From: Amoebophrya sp. A120
Lineage: Eukaryota; Protista; Dinoflagellata
Length of the DNA: 64,000 nt
Assembly: GCA_905178155.1 (NCBI GenBank)
Contig: CAJINV010000011.1
Location: 3,239,380-3,303,379 of the forward strand
Reading direction: 5' to 3'
Shown here: in pieces, positions 23,033 through 36,426 of the stretch
Layout of the letters: each line of letters begins with the position of its first letter
Numbering within the stretch: the first letter of the stretch is position 1
Notes under the pieces: model-generated
Database searches by the model: none
The model's input: only the letters and a program-made list of their open reading frames with translations
What the model was told of the DNA's origin: nothing
Translations under genes and position numbers: made by a program

Positions 23033-24812
23033 ATGCCAGTCTCCGCCGAGGACGCCCGACAGCTGAAGATCAAGCTGGGCACGGTGAAGCGCAGCCGCAA
23101 GGAGTACGACTTTTACGTGAAGGAGGAGGAAAAACAGCGTATCAAATGCAAAAGTGTTTGGGTCTGGAAATTTGTGATGCTGGGTGGCGCATCATGAGGA
23201 TGCCACAAGTGCTGGCTCAACATGACAAGTTTCTGAGCTTCTAGGTGTTGCCTACTCTGCACGACAGACTGCGTTTCTGCATCACAGAAAAATGGGGCTC
23301 TTGGGTAACGTGCATGACAGATTTAAGAGTCATGCCAGACAAGCATGACAAACATGCACTCTTCCAGACCCAGACACTTTTACAGTTGATACAGCGTACC
23401 TTGGTGCAGAAGATGACGGAAGAAGGGTCGTGCTATCCTGAGTAAAAACGTCCCCACACCATAGTCAAGATGGGGAATCGGCTAGACAAATCCACAAGTT
23501 TTGGCTGTTTTGCATGACAAATTTGCATTCGTAGTGTAGTGCTGTTCGAGCTAGCTCAGCAGCATCACAGATCTAGCATACCATGCTGATTGGAGCATGA
23601 CAAATTGCCAAACACGACTAGAAAATGCTTCTCATGGGGCTCCGCATGAGAACCATTCTCAGCATGCAGATTTGCATTACAACTAGAGTTGTTATGCTCT
23701 CAGCGTGCAGAGTTGTTATGCTCAAGTGCCAACAGGGCGAGAGCCCTGCAAGATCGGGCGACGTGAGTAAGTGCAGACGGGAAAAACGCCAAAGATACCC
23801 GCGCCTTCTGCTTAACTGTGTGAAATATTGTGTCGGCCCGGTTCTGCTCAGACAGGCTGGATCCCGTAGATCAGATTTCACATGTTAAGTAACGCACACC
23901 GGCCTCCTAGCAAAAAATTAATGATGAATTTATATGAGAAAGAGGGGCCTAATCAAAAAAAAAAAAGATTTGCATTACAACTATGGGGTGGGGACGTTTT
24001 TAAATACGATACGTGCAAACACGACATCAAGCAGCAGCAGGAGTGTCTGAACGAGACCTTAACCGTGTTGCCCGAGGCGAAGAAGCGGTTGGAGAAGTAC
24101 GCAGTGGAGTTGAAAGCGTTATCCTGTGCAAAAGTATCGTGCCCGTATTGCAGTCATGCATTACAAATGTTTTTCTCAAGGTATATCCGCATTACAAATC
24201 TTATTTCTCATGCTGACGGAAGCGTTCTTGCTGGCCACGGAAGCGTTCTTGCTGGACATTACCAACATTTGCCCATGCAGAGCCGTCCTCTTGCCGGACA
24301 CAACCAACATCTGTCCGAAACAGCCTAGGGCCAAGACGACGCCGTGAGGACGACCACAGGGGGTCCGTCTCAATGATGATGATGATGCTGAGGGAATTTG
24401 TCACGCATTTATACGAATGCGATACTTTTGCAGTTCATCAGCGTATTTGTCCGACAACTTCGACGAAGAGGACTACCCGACGACAGCTGAGTCCGGTGAG
24501 GAAGCGGCGGATATCCCCCAGAAAAAAGCACCAGACAGGGCATATTTGCATAGGCAAAGAATGAATTCACTTCAAAGATCCCTCCGCCTCAGCCTGCTGC
24601 TTAGAAAACGCAGGGCAGATAATTTTTCTGTGTAAGTATTTATTTTTGCATTACATACAATTACAAATTAAAACCATACGCCCCGCCTGCTTTTAATTTT
24701 CTGTGGGATAGCGGAGTCATCGGACAAGAATGCGGCGGTGTTGCTGGAGTCGAAAGTGTTGCTGGAGGACTTGGCGGGTAGTGACGCGGAATTTGGGACG
24801 TTGCTGCAGTAA
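23033..24812 (+). CDS. TBCA: Tubulin-specific chaperone A (five exons, all four introns are introners)
   Basis: Spliced product MPVSAEDARQLKIKLGTVKRSRKEYDFYVKEEEKQRTLVQKMTEEGSCKHDIKQQQECLNETLTVLPEAKKRLEKYAVELKAYL...LLQ* matches the TBCA consensus. Confidence 0.9.
23140..23391. mobile_element. Introner, family A
   Basis: tatcaaatgcaaaagtgtttgggtctgg ... ccagacccagacacttttacagttgata; DR cagcg/cagcg. Confidence 0.92.
23434..24011. mobile_element. Introner, family C (with nested insert)
   Basis: tatcctgagtaaaaacgtcccc ... ggggacgtttttaaatacgata; DR cgtgc/cgtgc. Confidence 0.92.
23686..23965 (+). mobile_element. Retroposed (SINE/processed-RNA-like) insert nested in an introner
   Basis: Flanked by 18-nt duplication agatttgcattacaacta (23668-23685, 23966-23983); ends in an A run (23955-23966). 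Confidence 0.75.
24120..24439. mobile_element. Introner, family D
   Basis: tatcctgtgcaaaagtatcg ... cgatacttttgcagttcatc; DR agcgt/agcgt; internal 21-nt tandem repeat cggaagcgttcttgctgg. Confidence 0.88.
24512..24710. mobile_element. Introner, singleton TIR type
   Basis: tatcccccagaaaa ... ttttctgtgggata; DR gcgga/gcgga. Confidence 0.88.
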
Positions 24813-25448
24813 GGAACAAGATGATCTTGTATTCGTGAAGTTGCAAGAACTGGCCATGTCAGACTCGAAATCAACAGGCGGCAGAGTGGTTTCAATTCTC
24901 GATGTTGATGTCATGTGCTTCGACGAACAAGCTCCGATTGTTTGTCAGGCCTTCTGAATGGAAACAACTACTGATCACGTGAACTGCAATGATTCCAACA
25001 GAGAAAAGCAAAGACTTTTGATTCATTGAAACAATACTACTTACAACGACGCTGCTTTCTTTTCCATGAAAGTTGATAGTTTGAACTTGAAGCAGACGAG
25101 CCGAAGCTATTCCTCGCACTGTTCCATCATTCTCAGAGCTAAAAGTTCGAACAGATACTGCAGTAGTTCCTTTGCGGCCTGTGAGTGAGTTTGAGTTCCG
25201 GCAGCACAACTCGTCGGAGCATAAGAGCGCGAAGAGAGCGAGATTTTCGTGAGAAGAGCGCGGTGGCATTGTTCGTGGTTATACTTGTATAGCACTCCTG
25301 TTCATCAACATCGCTTTTCGTGCTGATTTTTGCCCCGGGCTGCACCATCTCAGCGGGGAGAATGATGTAGTTTTTGTCCTTGCAGCAGGCTCACTTTATG
25401 TTTTACATTTTAGGAGAAGAACACTAGTTTTTTTGAAAACAAAAGAAA

Positions 25449-28400
25449 ATGGCGGACGACCTGGAGGTCGAGACGACCTCCTACCAGCGTCAAAAGGACG
25501 CTGGTCTGTTCCGCGACCCAGTCCCGGGCGTGAGGCCCGCGGGAAAGAGCACATCCATCTTCAACGACACCACCGAGCGAGATCTGCAGTCGGATATCTA
25601 CTTCCCCAGGCCACCAACGCCGCCATCGCAGAGAAAGTATAATACCAATAGGATTTTATTGTTTTATTTGGGTCGTACGAGGAAGTGGAAGTCTGAAGAT
25701 CATGCGGCTCTCGCTCTACTAGCGTGGTTTGGCTACTCAGTGGTAAAGTCGGTGAAAGGTTTTGTTTTCCAAGTTCGCTGCAACTGCTTACGCGGCATTG
25801 CAACTTGTCAAAAAATGGATCAGGTTTCGCAAAAACTTAGTCCCGGGTGAGATTCACGTTCACCACGGACTGTCGGACCAGAAGCTCCCATATGGAAGTG
25901 TCAGAATCAATCGAAATTGACAAAATCGAAAAATTTGTGATGCAGAAAATCGATGTCAGTTGGAGCCCCAGTTTTCAAGTGGCGGATGACAAATTTCGGG
26001 AGCACCCAAATCCAGTCTGTCACTCTGTTTGGGCAAAGAAGACTGCCCCTGTCGTGCTACTCTGGGAGCACATCGTCTTTCCCCGGACAGGCTTGCAATC
26101 GGTCTCATTTGCCTGCTTCCCAATACAGGCCTTCAGTGTCCTACTTACATTTTATGCATCACAAATTTTCTCGTCGATTTTGTCGATTTCGATCCCGACA
26201 CATCCATATCCCATCCGATGATTTCCGATACGGTATTCACAGCGACAGGGGAGAAACCGTCGAACGAACGTTCAAGGATGGTCTGCTGCTCGGGATTGCA
26301 GCGTAGAAAGATGTTTATTTCGAGTTTATTTTAGTACGAACCTTGATCGTTGTGTATGTGTACGTAGCTGCGCGTGAAGAGGAAGAATTTGCTAGTATAA
26401 CCAACTTGAACTTCATTTTTGAAGACACGACACAGTGACATTCTCATTAGTGCTTATGCGTCGCATCGCTTTTTCGTATCCATGTGTAGTTTTTTAGCAT
26501 CCAATACGACCAATACCGCAGATACAAGAACCAATGTGCGGAGTCCGTCTACAAGAGCACGAAAATGGAACCTCTATCAAATGCAAATATGTCTGGGTCT
26601 GGATGATTGCAAGGTTTGTTATGCAGGTTTTCCATGCCCCGTGAGGTCTGGAATGCAGGGCCTAGCATGACAGATTCGGTGAGGTCTTTGTCATGCCTGT
26701 TCTGCATGAGAAACCCCTTCGCACCTTGACCAAAATTGGGCAACTCTTGACAGTCATGCAACACAGCTTTTCGTTTGACCCACAGGATGCATTCCAAGGT
26801 TGCGACGTTTTTCCAGACCCAGACATATTTGCAATGCATAACCTCTGGGCCATAGCTACGTGCGCGGTCACGAATTACCTGGGCTTACGAAAGAGCAGAA
26901 GTTTGTAGGTAGAAATCGTGGTGGACTACTTGCTACAATTTTTGTATAGCAATCATGAATCCGAATCCGCTGTATCCAAGAACTCCGCACGCTGCGATAC
27001 CGACCGTTTTTGTTCTGTGCGTAAAAGTCAATGTGAAACAAATCTCTCTTCAGGCTTTGGCAAAGAGTCACTAGGGGCCGGCGAGGATGGCAAGGAAATT
27101 ATCTTTCCCCGAGGCGTCGAACCAGACACCAAGGAAATCACGGAGTTATATCGGTTCACACACGGTAGAAATTTATTTCTAGATATGCAGCTTTAATATT
27201 TGCTGGAAGTGCTCTCAGTTTTTGGCTTGATGTGACTTGCTTTTCTAAACTATGCATAAATGGTGCGCATCATGTTGATGAAAACAAATCAATGGGAAGA
27301 TTCTCATCCTCGTTTCTTCAGGAAGTCGCGCATGACAAAAAATGCAGGTAATTTCGGGCCGGGCGAGCAGGCCGACCGCAAATACGCATGGCCGCAGGCA
27401 ATAGAAGATCCAGACTTCAGGTATGGCGTCACAGAAAAAGACGCGGGCGGCGAGAAGGGCGGCGTAGCAGGTATGGAGAAGTGATAATTTTTCTTGCGAT
27501 ATAATACTTTGATTGCTGCATTAGTTAGTATTTCTTCACGCAAGAGTGTTTCAACTTTCAAATTGTGCTGCAAGAGTAAAAAATAAAGGAAAATCGTTCA
27601 ACAACAGGCGCGCTCGACTGGACGCTAGATGAGGCCGGCAAGATGGCCAAGACCAGAATCGGGAGGAAAACCTTAGCAGACTTCCGCGACGTGACCCACG
27701 AAAAGCTCGGAAAGCCAAGAAATTACTGTCAGGGCACGCATCCGGTATAGGTTTCTGGTCTTTTGATAGCGAAGTTCGTTGATGAATATAATGCACGGAG
27801 GACTTCTGTAGGAGGTGAAGACATGCTTATGCTGGCGCAGCGATATGAACTACACTGCAGTGCCTTTTAGAAGTACTTGTTCACAAAAAAATGCCAACGA
27901 CCCAGACGCCCGCCCGGGGATTTGGCATTGTGTCCGCGGGGGCGAATGACACCGCGGCTAAGTGCATGCAGGGAACCTACACGGACGCGGACAATGTGCC
28001 GGACGCAAACCTGGGGAAGTGCACGATCCCGGGAAGAACAAACGTGAGCAGGGATCCGAAGAGGCTTATCCTCTGTAAAAACGGGGCCCACAGCACCCCA
28101 GAGTTGTCACGGAGATTTTCACGGACAGGAACATTCGTGACGTGCATCCCCATGATATTTTTAAGCATTTCCAGTCGGGTCGTTTTGGAACTTGTAATGC
28201 TGTAAACAGAATGAGGGTACTTGAGCAGTTGTAGCACATGGATTCATTTGTAATGCGGCTGTCGTCCTTGCCAACCTGCACTAAGAATACGGACTGCGAC
28301 TTGTGGTAATGCGTGCCTCTGAAAACTTCTACTAGGCTTGTGTTGCTGCAAAATCCCATGTTGACTCTGGGGTATAGGGACGTTTTCACTCAGGATAAGG

Positions 28401-28910
28401 CTGTACGGCGTCCCATCCGTCCGAATCGACATTCCGGCCCCGGACCCGGCCAAGCGCAGTTGCGCCGATATGCAGAACTACGGAGACGAGATTGGCGCGG
28501 GACCGCTGCTGAACCCACAAAGGTACTGTGTTTGCATGGCAAAATTATCTTCGTACCAGTATGTAAATAGAAATCGCATGACAAATTCCCTCAGCATGAA
28601 GAATGCAATTTGTAATGCCGACTTGTTACCATAAGAACATTTTGATTTGTACGACTACTACGAGCGCGGTACTAACAGGTTCGAGATCAAGGGCATTATG
28701 GACTCGGAGTTTTTGGTAAGACGCGACCGGGAGGAGTGCCGTACTATCTTGAAGGGAGCGGGTTACCAGTTCGAGCACTTTGATCACATGTTTGACGCGG
28801 CGCTGGAGCTTTTCGATGACGGCATTCCGCTGGTATCGCTGGACGCCTTGCTCTTCCTGCAGGGCAACAAGATCGAGCAGAATGTCGAGCGTGCGATCCG
28901 CGGAAGTTAA
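25449..28910 (+). CDS. EFHB: EFHB/CFAP21-like flagellar protein (several GT-AG introns plus 3 introners)
   Basis: ESVYKSTKMEPLGHSYVRGHELP, PGEQADRKYAW, YGVPSVRIDIPAP...DMQNYGDE...LLNPQRFEIKGIMDSEF motifs resemble EFHB; some internal exon boundaries uncertain. Confidence 0.7.
25891..26208. mobile_element. Introner, family E
   Basis: tatggaagtgtcag ... ccgacacatccata with long imperfect TIR; DR tccca/tccca. Confidence 0.9.
26575..26840. mobile_element. Introner, family A
   Basis: tatcaaatgcaaatatgtctgggtctgg ... ccagacccagacatatttgcaatgcata; DR acctc/acctc. Confidence 0.92.
28067..28397. mobile_element. Introner, family C
   Basis: tatcctctgtaaaaacgggg ... gggacgttttcactcaggata; DR aggct/aggct. 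Confidence 0.9.
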
Positions 28911-29979
28911 AAACTCTTCTTCGATGTAATATTAGACTAGGGCGAAATACAAATATTAAACTTCATGAAGTCTTTATGAACATCACAACCTGCTCGCGCC
29001 GCCGCCGCTGTAGTGTAGGTGGAGTATAGCAGGATCTGCATGAAGTTGCGCCCACTTTTGCAGTCTTGCTTCCTGCCGCATCGCAGGATTTATATATTTC
29101 TTTCCTTTTGAACAAGATGAACCTTTGAAACCGAATAATTGTCAGAAACGATGAAACCTTGAGATAGTACAACTCTATGTCAGAAGATTGAGATCTTAAA
29201 TTTGCTAATATTCAACAAAATTTCGAAATCGCTTCCGAGATTTCAGTTTGTATGGATTCTAATCAGAGCTGATTCGCACAAATAAAACTGCCGAGATTGT
29301 GCGGGTCGGAAAAGATATAGCTGAGATAATTACAGGTTACTTTACAAGATAGGAATAGCCGAATGAAGGGAATGTTAGACGAGACTATGGAGGTCGTGCT
29401 CCTCGTGAGGTGCATAGGAAGATGGATTCTTTTGAGCCACAACGAGATTTGCTGGTCCTGTACAAAAATATTTGAACTCAAAAAATCCATCACGACGAGA
29501 AAATGGCAACGCAGTTAACGAAAAAAAATATTACGGCAGTAAGGCCTACTTACTGTGCAGGCGCATTTTTAGCAGGGTTTCCGACTGCTCAATGAAGGAA
29601 TTGTTCCAGCGATGAATTTGGGACAGCTCCCCTACACTCACACGCTTGCTGGAATTAAGATGTGATCCTTGTTTTTCGGCGTAGATCACCGTCCTATTGT
29701 CCTCCAAATCGACGTTCGCAGCGACCTATAAATACCTTTCCTAACTTCTCTATCTAGTGTTACCCCCGATTTGAAGATTTTTATTGTCTCCCGTAAAATT
29801 CACGCATTTTTCGACGTTTTAAGGATCTTTTTTCTCGGCCATCACCTCCGACTAGAAGAACTTTCATACCTTCGATATGATCCGAAGCTTGATTCACTGT
29901 ACCGATCTGGTTAAATAAAAATAAGTTTGTTTCCACATAGTTCGTTTGATTCTACGCACCTCATCTCCACCACCTGACA

Positions 29980-32251
29980 ATGCGAAAAGCGATGCAGTAC
30001 CTGATGACCCCCGCTTTCCAGAGCGGGGGGAGCGCGGGCAGCAGCTCTACGTCCGGGGGCAGGAACAACAATGTCGCTGGGTTCGCCGCCGAGGCGCCGG
30101 AGTACCAGGGCCCGTACGGGCAGAAGAACCAAGCCGACGACGCGCAAGCCGCCAAGAAGCAGGCGGCGAAGGAAAGGAAACAGAAATACAAGGAGCTGGG
30201 CAAGCAGAATAAGGACGCGAAACAGGAGAAGGAGGAGAAGGAGGGGTTCGGTGACGCGGCGTCCTATGTCGACCTGGCGAAGAAGAGGCGGGAACAGGAG
30301 GGGGAACTGGTGAAAACGATGGAAAAGTTCTCGGCGATTTCCGCGGCGGAGTCGAAATTTATGGGCGGCGACGCAGACCTATGCATTGCAAATATGTCTG
30401 AATCTGAAAGAATGCAACTTGTCATGCTAATTCTGGATAGTGCAAAAATCTGTGTTGCGTGATTACCAAAAGCTGTCCAGTTTTGACCAGGCTGAGAGGG
30501 AGTCTCTCATGCAGACGAGGCATGATAGAGGTCGGACAGAATCTGTCATGCTGGGTCATGTATGACAGACCTCACGCGTCAAGGAAAACCTGCATGACAA
30601 GTCTTCCAATCTTCGTCGACCCAGACATTTTTGCAGTTGATAAGACCACACGTTTTGGGTCAAGGGTCTCGACGAAAACCTGCTCCAGCAGAGGAGAAAG
30701 GAGCTGGATCGGGAACAACGATCGGCCGTCACCAATGACCCGGATGCACGGATTATGGAACAGTACTACAAGAACGTGGTTTTGCAGCTTTTGGTGCGTC
30801 AGCGTAGTTGCATTTTATAATATATCACCTGTAGTTGATTGCATATGCATTGTCTTTTCAAATCTCGACTACTAGTAAATCCAAAAGAAATACTACCCAA
30901 AAAACTACCCCTCAGACGGCAGCGCGCGAAGGAGAATCTGGAGAAGAAGCAAACCTCGAAATCCGTCCTGGCGCAGCGCGTGGAAGCTGCTTTTGTGAAG
31001 TCCCTGCACCCAGATCAGAACGGATTCCGGCAACACCTGAAGTCGATGCACACGCGGCTGTACAAGGGAGACAAGGTGAAGTCCGGCCCGGTCACCTTTC
31101 TGCCGAAGCGGACCTATTACCAATTTTCGACCGACCTCTTCGATCTGGAAGAAAAGCCCGTTTACGGGTCGCGGAGCAAGGCCGAGTGTCCGGATTTGGA
31201 CGAAAAGATCAAGTGCGAGTATGTGGAGAAGGAGTTGCTGAAGCACATCAAGGAGACCATGGCGGACTTCAAACAAAACAAGAAGTTGCGGAAACAGGGG
31301 CTCTTGCTCCCGGGAACAACCACCAGAGTGGACGACGTGAGGTCGCTAAGTGGTGGGGGTGGAACGACTGGAAGAGGTTCTACCTCGGAAATAAGGGAAC
31401 AAAGGGATAGAGACACTAGTAGGCACGGCAGCAGTCGACATCCTCACGGCAGTAGGCGTCAACACACGACCACCAGCTCGAGGAGCAATAAGCCAGCAGC
31501 TGACGACAGTGACGACGACATTTTCGGGGGTGGCAGTGCGAAGTCATTTAAGGATTTGGTGAAATCCACGATTGCGAAACCTGGGGCAGCAGCCAGCAGA
31601 GAACAGAAGCCGAAGCAGAAGGACAAACTGGCTTTATTGGCGGAAGTCCAGGACGAGCGGATGTTTGACAAGTTGGAAGAGGGATTGGACCCTTTCGCCG
31701 GGCAAGAGAATGCGGACGACGAGTTCATCCCCTCTCGGAAGTACAAGGGGAGCAAAAAGGGCTGGATTTTCACGACCCGAGACGGGAAAACCGGCTACTA
31801 CTTCGACTACGCGAGGCTGGACACCGCCCAGGGCCTCGCGGACCGGGCGAACGAGCGGAAAAAGCTCGCGCAGGAGCGACTAGCCCGGTTGACGGGGAAA
31901 ACGGCGAGCGACGAAGCATACAGCGAATACAAGGCGGACGACAACGTGTTTCAGCACACGAAAGAGACGATCGCCGCACAGGTGAAGGCGGAGGAGGAAT
32001 TTGAAAAATTGTCGGAAAAGAAGAAAAAGAAGCTCGCCGCCAAAATGGACCAGGACACCACGGACGGGGCGAAATTCTTCATGAAATCCGGGAACGACGG
32101 TACTATGCAGGAGAAGGGCGGGGAAAAGAAATTCAAATCGGTCGATGATGAGCTGAAGGCGATAGACAAACTGAAGGAGAAGGGCAGCATGAAAAAGTTC
32201 GATGCCATGGAAGCCGCGCAGCCCTCGGCGAAAAGGGCCAAATATTTCTGA
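29980..32251 (+). CDS. IK: Protein RED / IK (spliceosomal B-complex factor)-like
   Basis: Spliced YVDLAKKRRE...ESKFMGGDADHTFWVKGLDENLLQQRRKE matches the RED N-terminal motif (ESKFLGGD.EHTHLVKGLD..LL); one introner plus a probable GT-AG intron at ~30777-30915. Confidence 0.8.
30380..30642. mobile_element. Introner, family A
   Basis: tatgcattgcaaatatgtctg ... cccagacatttttgcagttgata; DR agacc/agacc. Confidence 0.92.
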
Positions 32252-33048
32252 TTATTCATCATCTACCTACAACAACTTGGAGCAGGGCAATTTTTTGTCA
32301 AACAATCGATATTTATGATCTCTGAACACGAGCGACACAACAATAAGTATTTCTAGGATTATATCAAAACGCAAGCTGTTGCTGTGCCTTTGCGGTGTTG
32401 ATGTCGCCCCTTCTTTCGCGGCCACTTTGTTCGGAAATGATGAAGTCTGCATGATCATTGCAGGTCGATGTTGGAGGTTTTTGATCAGAAATAAGTGCAA
32501 ATTCATGCCCACGGATCCTAAACCATCAACGTCGGTATAAAAAAGCATCAGCATGATGAAAATCAATCTCAATGTCATCCTCATGTGCGAAAAATCCATC
32601 TTGCACGTATTGTTAATGCAGCAGGCTACTTGAAGAGGCGGGTGTTGAGAGCAGACCGTTACTGATATTTCAACTGTGCTATTCTTTTCACGCTCTGCGC
32701 CACGGCATCCGAATTGGTATATCTCATTTTTGCGTACTAAGCGGCACAAGAAATTTTGAGCGACGACTAAGTGTAAGTGAACAGCCTTATCGTTAAGTCT
32801 TGCTGCAACATCCAAGCTATGGCCACAGCGCCTACGACTGCCTCACTTCATCATGGTCGTGCAAAGGAAGTGCAAAGAATGCGATGACGTTCTTTGTTGC
32901 TCGTCCAGTACCAGTTGCCCCTGCTGTACTGTAGTGCCTGGTAGCTACTATATCGAAAAACAGCTATCCTTGGCGCGGCCACAGCTGCACGGAATTATAG
33001 TATTGAACACGCAGCGGCAGCAGGAGCACCGCCAAGGACTTCTTCTAC

Positions 33049-36000
33049 ATGTGGGGCAGCCTTTTCGGGACCGCTCCGGCCGAGGAGGAGAATCGGGAGC
33101 TGAAAGAGGCCGAGGCGGTCTTTGCCAACATGCGCTCGTTGATCGGGGAACTCTTGTCCGTGCCCGGGTTTTTCCCCAGCCAGGTGGAGGTGGAGGAAGT
33201 GATGGGAGTATTGGAACGGTGCCTCTCCGTCCCGCAACTCGCCGTTTTGCTGCGGCGGGTGTGGTTCGACCTGCTGGACATTTCGGATGAGTGGGACCTG
33301 CAGCAGCAACAGGACTGGCTCACGCACTTGCTTTTGCTCGTGGAGGCGTCTAAGGAAAACGTTCTGAACTTTTACGCGGCGTCCATCCTATACCTGCGGC
33401 TCTTCAGCGAACTCCTGCGGCAAACGAAGGCGTCGATCGATGTTGCGGCGGCAACGGCGGAGGTCCAAGCGGGGTTGAACGCTGTGGGTTCATCTGCGGG
33501 TCGTGGAGGTCGGGGGAATGATAGTAGTAGTGTAACGCCTACCACTTCCACATCTCCAAGAGATAGACGACGAGAGGGCTCTGCTAATTACGCCGGGTAC
33601 AGCAACTATAATCAGCAAGACCCAGCGGCATATGATTTCAACAGTACTGGCACCAGCCCAAGTTACAATGTGAGTCCTCCGCAAGATGAAGAAAACAACG
33701 CGACAAGAAGTTTCAACAGTCCGGAGCAGCGGCGGTCTGACGCCTCCTCTGTGAATGACGAGGACGGCTGGGCGTCTTGGCTGGACAAATTGGACCAACA
33801 GCAGCAAACCGGCGGGAAGGACGCGTATTTGCCGCCGACAACAAACCAAAATGTTTTCCGAAATAGCGACAATGAGAACTACTATAATCAACAAGAAACA
33901 TCAGCGGCCGGAAAAACTTCTCGGCCCCTGCCAAACCAGTCCCGCGAACGCCAGAAGGAAACGCTGGACCTGATCCAGGAGCACTGCAGAGTCGTCCAGG
34001 AATTTGCGGTATCAAATGTAAAAATGTCTGGGTCTGGAAGAATGCAACTTGTCATGCTAAATCTGAAGCATGCAAAAATCTGTGTTGCATGATCACCAAA
34101 AGTCGTCCAGTTTTGACCAAGTCGGGAGGGAGTTTCTCATGCAGGATAGGCATCGGAGAGATCGCGCAGAATCTTTCATGCTAGGTCCTGCATTCCAGAC
34201 CTCATAGGTCATGAAAAAGCTGCATGACAAATCGCGCATTCTTCCAGACCCAGACATTTTTGCAATCCATATGCGGACGAGCACCAGAAAAAGCTCCTCG
34301 TGCAGCGCGCCGACCTGGAGTTCACCTCCATCTCCGACGACGCGGCGTCGTCCATCACAATCCCCGCGTCTGCGGCGAAGGCCATGGGCATCTGGCCAGA
34401 GCGGAGGGTGGACGGCCGCACGGCGAGCTACGTGGGTGGGGCGCTGCTGCTCCCGGGGAGTTGGCCGGTGGCGGCCAGTTTGGTCGGCGGGATGTTGTTG
34501 TACGAATCCGCGCGGAAGAAGATCCAAACGTTATCAAATGTAAAAATGTCTGGGCTTGGAAGAGTGCAACTTGTGATGCCTCGTTTGGATTCCAAAAAAA
34601 ACTGTATTGCATGAGCTTCAAAGGGAATGCGATTTTTGCTACGCGGAGAGGGCATTTGTCATGCGGTATAGCCATCAAGAAGCCCTCAAAAAATCTGTGA
34701 TGCTAGGGCATGCATCACGAACGTCATGGCTCATGCAAACGCGCATGACAAGTCTCAGAATCTTCCGGACCCAGACATTTTTGCAATTGATAAACGTACA
34801 AACTGGACCAAATCGCGCAGATGCGGCTGTCGGACGAGGCAAGGGCGAAATTGAGGGACCAGGAGGTCGAAAGCCCGGTCGGGACCAGTGTCGGGAGTGA
34901 GCAGCGCGGCGGGTCCAGGTCGAGCTCAAGGCCCATGAGTCCGGCGAGGTAATGTCATGATTTCGACCACGGTTGGTAGTAGATAGACTGCCACAACTGT
35001 CTACTTGTGACGTGCGTAAGTAGTTCTTTTGAGTCTGATGCATGTAGAAAATTACACCGTGTTAGAAGTAGTTCTTGTAGAGCCACATTTTTCATCTTTT
35101 TTATACTCCTTTTACCACAGGAACAAGTACCCGGGCTCAATCCAAGAGGGCGTGGGCGCGCTGAAGAGCTTCGCCGGCGCGAAAATGCGGGAGCAGCGGC
35201 TGAGCCTCCGTGAGGACCAGGATGAACCGAAATCGTCGGGCGTGTACGACAGTGTAGCCGCCGCGTTGAACTCGACCGAGGAAGCGTACCGGAACGTGAA
35301 GCGCTCCCTCGTCGGGTCCGACGACCTACCACAGACATTTGATCGCGGAAGACCGCCAGATAGTACAACTAAAAACGATAATTTTTTTAGTAACAACAGC
35401 GACAGCCTCCTCCCAAACCCCGACGAACTTGTATCCCAAGACCCGACTGGTGTGAATGACTATAGTGGCGAGAACTACACGGGTTGGTTTCCACCCCCCG
35501 ACAAGGACAACTTGAGTCAAGCCACTTCTCGCGCTCCCGAAGCCGGTCCTTTACTTCGGCTGCCCGACCCGGACACGCACGACCGCAAACTCGCAGACCA
35601 TATGCTGACGCAGAACGAGAAGACGGTGAACAAGCAGGAGCAGAGTGCCACCTCCAGCAGCACTTTCCAGCATGGGGCGATGAAGATCAACAACCTCCCC
35701 AAGAACGCGGCGCAGCAGCCGGATCAGCAGAACTTCACCCTGGACCCCGACGACCTGCTCGGTAGTTGTTCTGGTGCAGCGACCCAAGCGACAGACAGTC
35801 GAAATAAACACAGCAGCCCCGCCGACACGCAAACCACGGGGATATCGGAGCAGGCGGAGCGGTTTCTCAACCCGGTTTTGCGACTCGACCGGTCCCGGGC
35901 GAGTACCAACGACATTACCTGGGCGAACTTGGAAGTCGAATGCGCGTTGAAGGCGGAAGCCCTGCTGAAAACGAAAATCTACCCCATCCGCGTCCTGAAC

Positions 36001-36426
36001 TTGTGCGAAACTACTTCTACGGCGGGCGATAGTACTCTGAACGCGGGAGAACAACAAGAAGACCACTTCGTGGATTACTATGGCGCGCCACAGTACCCGG
36101 AGGAGCTGAAAATTTCTGTCTACGACAAAGACGACTACTGGGAAACGTTCCCGCTCTCCACCGTGTTTGTTTTCAGAGGGCGGGAAGCGGTGCTGCGTCC
36201 GGAGATCCCCGCGAACCAGCAGGACCAGTCGCACCGCGGGGGGATTTTGAAGCTGAAAGTCTTTTCCCCCGGCGTTCTGCTCGACGAGCCGTTGATCACG
36301 ATCACCGGGGTGATAAGAGGCGACGCGATCGTTCTCGCAGTGAGCCCAACGAGCGGCGAAATTACGGTGCAGAAAATGGACCAGAAACAGTACATCGACA
36401 GTCACCTTTCGCCGAGGATCGCGTGA
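33049..36426 (+). CDS. Hypothetical protein with hydrophobic segment (2 introners plus GT-AG intron 34949-35120)
   Basis: Continuous frame after removals: QEFA|DEHQKKLL...KIQT|YKLDQIAQ...PA|RNKYPG. Confidence 0.7.
34010..34271. mobile_element. Introner, family A
   Basis: tatcaaatgtaaaaatgtctgggtctgg ... ccagacccagacatttttgcaatccata; DR tgcgg/tgcgg. Confidence 0.92.
34532..34792. mobile_element. Introner, family A
   Basis: tatcaaatgtaaaaatgtctggg ... cccagacatttttgcaattgata; DR aacgt/aacgt. Confidence 0.92.
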
